From a virus (lineage: Duplodnaviria; Caudoviricetes), in IMG/VR virus record IMGVR_UViG_3300046779_000790, positions 1 to 47,276 of that record: a stretch of DNA of 47,276 bases. The stretch is one strand, 5' to 3'. Each line of letters opens with the position of its first letter. Position 1 is the stretch's first letter. The notes beneath the pieces were generated by a model, which saw only the letters and a list, made by a program, of their open reading frames with translations, was not told the origin of the DNA and searched no databases. The position numbers and the translations under genes were made by a program. Below are positions 26,554-32,999 of the stretch, one piece after another.

Positions 26554-26627
26554 GCTCTTATAGGTAAATGGCATACCACATCCATGGTAAGGATGTATCC
26601 TAAGTTCGATTCTTAGTAGGAGCACCA
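26554..26627 (+). tRNA. trnT: tRNA-Thr(GGT)
   Basis: Loop ATGGTAA, CCA. Confidence 0.88.
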
Positions 26628-26824
26628 ACTTGTTTTAATGTTGTTAAGACAAACTCTTTTTCAGGTTGAATATATAATTCATCATCTTTAAAAGATTTTT
26701 TCTCAGTGACATATGATGAAACAAATTCAGAATCTATACAGTAGTAAGCATGAGGCACATATTTTTGGTGTGCAAATAATTCATAGAATATTTCTACTGT
26801 AGGTTTTTGTGAATGAGGTGTCAT
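26600..26824 (-). CDS. Small antisense hypothetical protein inside tRNA array
   Basis: MTPHSQKPTVEIFYELF...; fills an AT-rich gap; late-promoter-like AATAAATA just upstream on minus strand. Confidence 0.45.
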   Translation of the reverse strand: MTPHSQKPTVEIFYELFAHQKYVPHAYYCIDSEFVSSYVTEKKSFKDDELYIQPEKEFVLTTLKQVGAPTKNRT

Positions 26825-26837
26825 TAAAGTATTTATT

Positions 26838-26914
26838 GCCCCGGTGACGGAATTGGTATACGTGTTGGTCTTAGAAGCCAAATTTTAGGAGTTCGACTCT
26901 CCTCTGGGGCACCA
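26838..26914 (+). tRNA. trnL: tRNA-Leu(TAG), short variable arm
   Basis: Loop CTTAGAA, CCA. Confidence 0.9.
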
Positions 26915-26920
26915 AGTTTT

Positions 26921-26997
26921 GCGGTTGTGACGGAATTGGCATACGTATCGGACTTAAAATCCGAGTTTTGAGGGTTCGACTCCCTCCTTCCGCACCA
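26921..26997 (+). tRNA. trnL: tRNA-Leu(TAA), short variable arm
   Basis: Loop CTTAAAA, CCA; mismatches in acceptor stem. Confidence 0.85.
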
Positions 26998-27001
26998 GAT
27001 T

Positions 27002-27076
27002 CTGGCGTTAGTATAATGGATAATACAATGGTCTTCTACACCACTAATAGGGGTTCGATTCCTCTACGCCGGACCA
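27002..27076 (+). tRNA. trnR: tRNA-Arg(TCT)
   Basis: Loop CTTCTAC, CCA. Confidence 0.87.
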
Positions 27077-27094
27077 TTTAATAAGGAGTTTATT

Positions 27095-27658
27095 ATGCCA
27101 TCAGTATTTCTTGTGAGTGACACACACTTCGGTCATGCTGGTGTGTGTAGATTCACCGACTCTATGACAGGTGAAAAGATTAGGCCATGGACTGATCCTG
27201 ATGAGATGGATGAGGAAATGGTAAAACGATGGAACGAAACAGTAGGACCAAAAGATAAAGTATATCATCTTGGCGATGTTGTAATCAACCGTAAAGCACT
27301 TAGCATTATGCATAGACTTAACGGTGATAAAGTTCTTATTCGTGGTAACCACGATATTTTTCGTGATGATGAATATAGAGTACACTTCCGTGAGCTTCGT
27401 GCATATCATGTGATGAACGGAATGATTCTTTCACATATTCCAATTCATACTGATAGTATCGGCCGATTTGGTACCAACATTCACGGACACCTTCATACAG
27501 GTCGTGTTAGAGTTGATGATAAAATTGATCCGAGATATCATTGCGTATGTGTTGAACAAACAGATTTTCGTCCTATCCTTTTTGAAGATGTGATGAAAAG
27601 AATTAAAGCTGAAGGTGGTGAAGTTGGTTTCCGTAACGGAAACGGACCGACCATGTGA
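27095..27658 (+). CDS. Calcineurin-like metallophosphoesterase
   Basis: SDTHFGH, HLGD, GNHD, HGHLH. Confidence 0.92.
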   Translation: MPSVFLVSDTHFGHAGVCRFTDSMTGEKIRPWTDPDEMDEEMVKRWNETVGPKDKVYHLGDVVINRKALSIMHRLNGDKVLIRGNHDIFRDDEYRVHFRELRAYHVMNGMILSHIPIHTDSIGRFGTNIHGHLHTGRVRVDDKIDPRYHCVCVEQTDFRPILFEDVMKRIKAEGGEVGFRNGNGPTM

Positions 27659-27661
27659 CGC

Positions 27662-27690
27662 TTGCCAAGAATTGTTTTTTACTATATAAT
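27662..27690 (+). promoter_or_regulatory. Sigma70-type promoter
   Basis: TTGCCA-17nt-TATAAT. Confidence 0.75.
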
Positions 27691-27700
27691 AAACACTTCT

Positions 27701-27775
27701 GCGGGATTGGTGCTAGTGGTAACACGGGACCTTGCCAAGGTTCAGTTGCGAGTTCGATCCTCGCATCCCGCTCCA
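27701..27775 (+). tRNA. trnG: tRNA-Gly(GCC)
   Basis: Loop TTGCCAA, U73, CCA. Confidence 0.93.
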
Positions 27776-27779
27776 ATTC

Positions 27780-27853
27780 GCCCTACTAGTACAATGGTAG
27801 TACACTGGTTTTGTAATCCTGTGATGGCAGTTCGATTCTGTCGTGGGGCACCA
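27780..27853 (+). tRNA. trnT: tRNA-Thr(TGT)
   Basis: Loop TTTGTAA, CCA. Confidence 0.88.
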
Positions 27854-27861
27854 ACACTTTT

Positions 27862-27910
27862 GGTATATTTGAATATACCGCTTGACTACAACAAATTTTT
27901 GTGTTAGAAT
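27862..27910 (+). promoter_or_regulatory. Promoter for family-A RNAs and TROVE-like gene, with upstream palindrome
   Basis: GGTATA-N6-TATACC then TTGACT-17nt-TAGAAT. Confidence 0.7.
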
Positions 27911-27939
27911 ACACAGTATTGAAAGATTGAAAAGGTTTT

Positions 27940-28095
27940 AGGTAAGGTACAGCAACATCAAATATAACTGATGGCTGCCCCCATGTTGGTGTACACTGGA
28001 GTTTAATTACTTTGAAGGTGTACATTGAAAACGTAGGCAGCGAGGTGAGTTTCGATATTCTCACTGTAAACAAAAAGTAGAAAACTTACCTGTTG
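27940..28095 (+). ncRNA. Family-A RNA copy 4 (large multi-hairpin insert)
   Basis: AGGTAAG..CAGCAA...CTTACCT-GTTG; inner stems CATCA/TGATG, GCTGCC/GGCAGC, TGTACAC/GTGTACA, GTGAG/CTCAC. Confidence 0.7.
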
Positions 28096-28100
28096 TTTTT

Positions 28101-28220
28101 AGGATACTCACAGCAAATAATTTTTCCGACTATAACGGAGAGGTTACTGGTTCGACTCCAGTTTTACGCTTCGGCGTGAATAGCTCAATTGGACAGAGCG
28201 CTAAAAAATGTATCCTGTTG
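28101..28220 (+). ncRNA. Family-A RNA copy 5 containing a circularly permuted tRNA (Y RNA/YrlA-like)
   Basis: AGGATAC..CAGCAA...GTATCCT-GTTG; inside: anticodon-like arm, T arm, acceptor stem closed by TTCG, D arm. Confidence 0.8.
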
Positions 28221-28242
28221 TTTGAAAGAAAGAGAGAAAATT

Positions 28243-29670
28243 ATGAACACTTTTGTAGACGCCGTTGTTAATCAAGATGCCCGTACCGCAAACGGTATGA
28301 AGGCTCGTAAGTCCACTGCTAATGCAGTTGTAGATTTGTTCTACAACATTGGTGCATCCCGTGGCAAAAACATTGTGCCAGCTTTCACTGCTGCCTTTGT
28401 TGAAAACAAAGACTTGGCATTGCGTGTTGCCGCATGGGCTCGTGATGTTCGTGGTGGTGCTGGTGAACGTGAAACCTTCCGTAACATTTTGCGTCACTTA
28501 GAAGATACCGATGTTAAGTCGGCTGCTCTCTTAATGGCAAAAGTTCCAGAGTTAGGTCGCTGGGATGACTTGTTAGTATTCAAAAATGCTTTCTTAAAGC
28601 AAATGGCTTTTGAATACATTCATCACGCTCTAGAAGCTGGTGATGGCCTTTGTGCAAAATGGATGCCTCGTCAAGGACAAATTGCTGCTGAATTGCGTAA
28701 TTACCTTGGTTGGTCTCCAAAGTTTTACCGTAAGCGTTTGGTTGAATTGACCAACGTGGTTGAAACTCAAATGTGTGCAAAGCAATGGGATGAAATTAAT
28801 TTCTCTCATGTACCTTCTGTAGCGGCATCCCGTTACAAGAAGGCTTTTAACCGTAACACTCCAACTTATGCAGCATATGTTGCTTCGTTGGTTAAGGGTG
28901 ATAACCCTGAAGTTAAGGTTAATGCAGGTGCTGTGTTCCCATACGATGTGCTGAAAGGCCGTATCGGTGGTTACATGAAATTCGACAAGACCGAATTGAA
29001 CTTGGTGCAAAAACAATGGGAGGCTTTGCCTAACTTTGTTGGCGATGCAAACATTCTACCTTTGGTGGATGTTTCAGGTTCGATGACCTGCCCAGCAGGT
29101 GGTTATGGTTCCAAATCAGGTCTAACCTGTATGGAAGTAGCAGTCTCTTTGGGACTATACTTGGCAGATAAGAATGAAGGCAAGTTCAAGGACACCTTCC
29201 TAACTTTCTCTGACAAACCAGAATTGTTGCACTTGAAAGGTAACATTAACCAAAAGATTGACCAAATGGTTAAATCTGATTGGGGTATGTCTACTAACCT
29301 ACACAAGGCATTTGAAAGAATCCTTGATGTAGCAGTAAAAGGTGGCGTGCCACAAGAAGAAATGCCAGCGATGGTATTGATTCTGTCAGACATGCAATTT
29401 AACGCTTGCGTTAGACATGATGACTCTGCCATGCAGATGATTGCACGTAAGTACAAAGAAGCGGGATACACTTTGCCAAAGGTTGTATTCTGGAACTTGA
29501 ATGCCACATACGGCAACGCTCCAGTAAAGTTCGATACTTCTGGTACTGCATTGGTATCTGGTTTCTCACCAGCAGTCGTAAAACCACTGTTGGCGGGTGA
29601 CTTAGAAACCTTTACACCAGAATCTGTGATGCTTAAAACCATCATGGATGACCGTTACAAAGTATTGTGA
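28243..29670 (+). CDS. TROVE-like helical domain plus C-terminal vWA protein (DUF2828-type, Ro60/Rsr-related); start revised to 28243
   Basis: RDVRGGAGERETFR, GRWDDL, AKWMPR; vWA MIDAS DVSGSM, STN, ILSDMQF, VFWNL. Confidence 0.8.
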   Translation: MNTFVDAVVNQDARTANGMKARKSTANAVVDLFYNIGASRGKNIVPAFTAAFVENKDLALRVAAWARDVRGGAGERETFRNILRHLEDTDVKSAALLMAKVPELGRWDDLLVFKNAFLKQMAFEYIHHALEAGDGLCAKWMPRQGQIAAELRNYLGWSPKFYRKRLVELTNVVETQMCAKQWDEINFSHVPSVAASRYKKAFNRNTPTYAAYVASLVKGDNPEVKVNAGAVFPYDVLKGRIGGYMKFDKTELNLVQKQWEALPNFVGDANILPLVDVSGSMTCPAGGYGSKSGLTCMEVAVSLGLYLADKNEGKFKDTFLTFSDKPELLHLKGNINQKIDQMVKSDWGMSTNLHKAFERILDVAVKGGVPQEEMPAMVLILSDMQFNACVRHDDSAMQMIARKYKEAGYTLPKVVFWNLNATYGNAPVKFDTSGTALVSGFSPAVVKPLLAGDLETFTPESVMLKTIMDDRYKVL

Positions 29671-29674
29671 TGGT

Positions 29675-29701
29675 ATGAGGACTTGAAAAAGTCCTCATTT
29701 T
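29675..29701 (+). terminator. Terminator hairpin after TROVE-like gene
   Basis: ATGAGGACT/AGTCCTCAT followed by TTT. Confidence 0.7.
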
Positions 29702-29773
29702 GAAACATACTATTACCGTGGCAGGCGAAAGTCCTACGCCAAAAGTTAAAACTAGATAGTGTGTTTCAAAATG
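29696..29773 (+). ncRNA. Family-B-like structured element, copy 3
   Basis: CATTTTGAAACATACTAT...ATAGTGTGTTTCAAAATG; shares AGTGTGTTTC with copies 1 and 2. Confidence 0.5.
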
Positions 29774-29791
29774 ATGTATATATAGATATAT

Positions 29792-29865
29792 GCGGGATTA
29801 GTTTAATGGCAAAACTAGAGATTTCCAATCTTTCGTCATCAGTTCGATTCTGATATCCCGCTCCA
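29792..29865 (+). tRNA. trnG: tRNA-Gly(TCC)
   Basis: Loop TTTCCAA, U73, CCA. Confidence 0.92.
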
Positions 29866-29871
29866 TTTAAT

Positions 29872-29938
29872 GCGGTTTGTAATAGTACGACATGAGGCAC
29901 CCCCTTATGTTAGCTGAGCAAAGCAGAAGACCGCTCCA
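29872..29938 (+). ncRNA. 67-nt mini tRNA-like element with Gly-type acceptor
   Basis: GCGGTTT/AGACCGC-TCCA, reduced D and T hairpins, long anticodon-like stem. Confidence 0.55.
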
Positions 29939-29951
29939 CTTTGAGGTTATT

Positions 29952-30197
29952 ATGAATATTAAACCATTGGGAAATAAAATTGTTATTAGCCGTATTGAAG
30001 GCACAAAACAAACAGCATCTGGAATTATCCTCAGAACAACAGAAGAACCAGACCGTGCAGAAGTTCTCGCAATTGGTCCTGATGTTAATGAAGTAAGTGT
30101 AGGTGATGTTGTTCTATTGAATTGGAATGCTGCAATCAAAACTGGTGATTACTATGTTATCACCATTGACCATGTAGTATTCATTTACGGAGAATAA
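29952..30197 (+). CDS. groES: Co-chaperonin GroES (gp31-like); start revised to 29952
   Basis: IKPLGNKIVI...TASGIIL...VLAIGPDV..VSVGDVV. Confidence 0.9.
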   Translation: MNIKPLGNKIVISRIEGTKQTASGIILRTTEEPDRAEVLAIGPDVNEVSVGDVVLLNWNAAIKTGDYYVITIDHVVFIYGE

Positions 30198-30198
30198 A

Positions 30199-30465
30199 AT
30201 GTCTGATGGTGGCAAAGGTTCTAGTCCAAGACCGTTTAGTGTTTCACAAGAAACATTTGGTAATAACTACGACAATATTTTTAGAAAACCGTCACCAAAA
30301 GAAATAGAAGATGATAAAGCTGAACAAGAAGAATTTGATAGAATTTTAAAACAAAATCTAGAATATCAAAGACGACAAAAAGCTTTAGACGAATTAGTAA
30401 GAATCAATGAAGAATTAGGATTGTATGTTAATGATAATACACCTAATCCTTTAATAAAGAAATGA
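30199..30465 (+). CDS. Hypothetical protein
   Basis: MSDGGKGSSPRPFSV...NYDNIF; 88 aa. Confidence 0.7.
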   Translation: MSDGGKGSSPRPFSVSQETFGNNYDNIFRKPSPKEIEDDKAEQEEFDRILKQNLEYQRRQKALDELVRINEELGLYVNDNTPNPLIKK

Positions 30466-30538
30466 TGCGGATTGGTGAAATAGTATCACAGTGGGCTCAT
30501 AATCCTCAGTTCCGGTGCAACTCCGTGGTCCGCAACCA
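30466..30538 (+). tRNA. trnM: tRNA-Met(CAT), initiator-like
   Basis: GGG-CTCATAA anticodon arm, CCA; atypical T arm. Confidence 0.78.
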
Positions 30539-31246
30539 TTAAATTTTAACAAGCCATTCGGCCTCTGGTATTCTTGTCTTAGTATTTTTACTACCAAGAA
30601 CTACTACGATTCTTCGGCCGATATCGGTATTCATCAACATTACAACACAACCACCAGCACGATTGGTAAACCCAGTTTTACTTACAATGATATCTTGATT
30701 GATGCCTGCATCTGGATTGGTGTTCTTGAAATGCACCCATTTATTTTTGGCTTTTAATTTCAATACATTGATTTTTGATGCCTCAATTATTTCATTGTAT
30801 TTGAATGCTTCACGAACAATTACAATCAATTCTTCCGCTGTACTAACATTCTTACGGCTCAGTCCAGTGGCATCATGAAATTTTGTATTCTTAAGGCCTA
30901 GTTGTTTAGCCTTCTTATTCATATCAGCAATACATTTTTTATAACCACCTGGATACTTTCTACACAATGTATCTGTGGCACTATTGTTTGAATTGACTAA
31001 TGCAAGAAGAATTAAATCACTTCTATAATAAGGTTGAATATACTCATTTAAATTTTGTTTTGCATCTAATATAACCATAACTGTCATTAACTTGGTGATA
31101 GAAGCGATAGGCATAACCTTAGTATCATTTTTGCCTGTTAATTTAGTTCCATCTTCTTTTGCTACTACCCAACTTCTTGCTGTAATCGGCATACTCCAAG
31201 ATAAAGATGCCGTCATCAAGACGGCTGCAATAAACATCTTAAACAT
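30539..31246 (-). CDS. D-Ala-D-Ala peptidase family S11 (PBP7/DacA-like), signal peptide
   Basis: SxxK (ASITK), SxN (SNN), KTG motifs. Confidence 0.9.
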   Translation of the reverse strand: MFKMFIAAVLMTASLSWSMPITARSWVVAKEDGTKLTGKNDTKVMPIASITKLMTVMVILDAKQNLNEYIQPYYRSDLILLALVNSNNSATDTLCRKYPGGYKKCIADMNKKAKQLGLKNTKFHDATGLSRKNVSTAEELIVIVREAFKYNEIIEASKINVLKLKAKNKWVHFKNTNPDAGINQDIIVSKTGFTNRAGGCVVMLMNTDIGRRIVVVLGSKNTKTRIPEAEWLVKI

Positions 31247-31263
31247 CCTAACTCCTGTGTGTG

Positions 31264-31572
31264 TTATCGGCTTGTCTTTTTAACTTTTTCCTCTATGACT
31301 CTTTGACAAACCATACTGTTATTGAACATTGTTTTAGAGACAGTTATATTATCTCCATCCTGACATTTATATGAGCAGACCTGATGACCTTTTTCATCCA
31401 AAAAACTTTGTTGTAATTCACATTTAGTGCTTACGATACTGTAAGGTTTTTCAGTTTTCACAGCAGCTGCCATGTTTATATTTAACGTCACGTTTTTGGG
31501 CACCAAAGGTGCAACCACAGTAGCCACAGTTACTGCTGCAATCAACAATTTTTTTGATGTTGAAGATTTCAT
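31264..31572 (-). CDS. Secreted or membrane-anchored Cys-containing hypothetical protein
   Basis: N-terminal hydrophobic segment, four Cys. Confidence 0.65.
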   Translation of the reverse strand: MKSSTSKKLLIAAVTVATVVAPLVPKNVTLNINMAAAVKTEKPYSIVSTKCELQQSFLDEKGHQVCSYKCQDGDNITVSKTMFNNSMVCQRVIEEKVKKTSR

Positions 31573-31712
31573 TGTTTAGTGTACCACCAAATAAATGATA
31601 GTACCATGATAGAAATTACAATTAAAATCCCAATATAATATAACATAAACTTACCAAAACCTACAACTTCAAATACCCATTCCAAAAATGTGTATTCTTT
31701 TTCTTTTTTCAT
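31569..31712 (-). CDS. Small membrane protein, 47 aa; not in ORF track
   Basis: MKKEKEYTFLEWVFEVVGFGKFMLYYIGILIVISIMVLSFIWWYTKQ; ATGA overlaps on both sides. Confidence 0.65.
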   Translation of the reverse strand: MKKEKEYTFLEWVFEVVGFGKFMLYYIGILIVISIMVLSFIWWYTKQ

Positions 31713-32539
31713 TCTTCGTTTGTTATTAGTTTCTTGTTACTTTCGTAGTTTTGTTCGTCCAATAATCTAATAGCATCTTTAATTTTATTCGCTTCATATC
31801 GTTTTTGTTTTTCCAACTCATTCTGGTATGTACCGTTCCACAATTCTGGATGTCTTTCTCTTGCATCGTGATATACCCATGTCCAAAATAAACCCATAAC
31901 TATACATAACACTAAAAATCCTATAACTGCACCAAATTCCATTTTATAATGTTCTATTCTTTGTGCTCTTCTTTTAGCCTTTATTGCTTCTTGTTCCATC
32001 TGTTTAGCAATAAGAACCCTTTGTTGTTTACCAAGTTCTTTAGTCATGGCTTCAACATCAGTAAACAATGCACCAAGTTCAGGCGGGCTTTGATATATCA
32101 TTAATTCACGCAACTCAGTACCCATGGCCTCTAGTTGTTTCTTCATCAACACACGCTTCAAAGCACGCTTAGCTAAACTATCTCCGCCGGTGTAAACTTC
32201 TGTGGAACTGCGTTTTTCTTCTTCTTCAAGTACAGCTACACATTTAAAATAATTATCATAATATTGTCCTAGGTAATCACCTATCTCGACATAGATATCG
32301 GTGGTTTCTTCACTTCGTTTGTTTAACTCTTTAACCCGAGCCTTTTCTTCATTTAACTGTTTAACTGCTTCAGGAGGTACAGGTTTGCCTTCATATTTTT
32401 TATGAAACTGGTCATCAAGGTCCTTAAGCACGCCTTTGACTTCACCTGCAGCACCTTTAATATCTTTATAAAGTTGGCAACCTTTTTTGACGGCTTGAAC
32501 CGCACCGTTAGCCAAAGCGAATAGTGTAAACGGATCCAT
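31709..32539 (-). CDS. Coiled-coil protein with C-terminal TM helix
   Basis: MDPFTLFALANGAVQAVKKGC...; one TM segment. Confidence 0.7.
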   Translation of the reverse strand: MDPFTLFALANGAVQAVKKGCQLYKDIKGAAGEVKGVLKDLDDQFHKKYEGKPVPPEAVKQLNEEKARVKELNKRSEETTDIYVEIGDYLGQYYDNYFKCVAVLEEEEKRSSTEVYTGGDSLAKRALKRVLMKKQLEAMGTELRELMIYQSPPELGALFTDVEAMTKELGKQQRVLIAKQMEQEAIKAKRRAQRIEHYKMEFGAVIGFLVLCIVMGLFWTWVYHDARERHPELWNGTYQNELEKQKRYEANKIKDAIRLLDEQNYESNKKLITNEE

Positions 32540-32635
32540 TTTATATCACAAATGGAACACGATTTTTTGAGGATTGGGTGTTCGTCATTTTGTACCTTGA
32601 GATAATAATTTTATGGCAAAGATAACAAGAACAGC

Positions 32636-32664
32636 TTGCCTGTTCAGACGAATTCATATATACT
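32636..32664 (+). promoter_or_regulatory. Sigma70-type promoter for gp43 operon
   Basis: TTGCCT-17nt-TATACT. Confidence 0.6.
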
Positions 32665-32690
32665 TAACTATATTTATGTGAAGGAACATT

Positions 32691-32999
32691 ATGAACATCC
32701 AAGTCTTAAAACTTATCAACAATGAAGAAATTCTAGCCGAAATTCAAGAAACACTCGTTGAATACACCTTAACTAATCCTGTCGGTATTGCAATCGTCCG
32801 TGGTAAGGATGGTACACCAAATGTAGGATTTGCACCATGGCCAATCCATGCAGAATCCAAATCTGGTGCAACCTATAGTATTCCTAAATCAAATGTGTTA
32901 TACTCCTATGTGCCTGCTGAAGATTTTGTAAACAATTACAACCAACTTTTCGGTACAGGTATCATCCTTCCTAAAACACAATCAATTATTACAGGTTAA
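32691..32999 (+). CDS. Conserved hypothetical protein (possibly Sm-like) upstream of polymerase
   Basis: LKLINNEEILAE...GFAPW...YNQLFGTGIILP. Confidence 0.7.
   Translation: MNIQVLKLINNEEILAEIQETLVEYTLTNPVGIAIVRGKDGTPNVGFAPWPIHAESKSGATYSIPKSNVLYSYVPAEDFVNNYNQLFGTGIILPKTQSIITG

Noticed and set aside
23734-28073. ORF-track entries overlapping tRNAs (e.g. 23734-23952, 23969-24217, 24016-24288, 24473-24745, 25515-25844, 26251-26436, 27662-27907, 27786-28073)
   Set aside because: Shadow frames across tRNA and ncRNA genes with no RBS and tRNA-derived pseudo-peptides
24007-28220. Family-A repeats as a CRISPR array
   Set aside because: Copies are dispersed and unevenly spaced, vary by compensatory substitution rather than being identical repeats, and no cas genes are present
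28189-28242. ORF-track N-terminal extension of the TROVE-like protein
   Set aside because: The TTG start lies within ncRNA copy 5; ATG 28243 after a purine-rich RBS is the more plausible start
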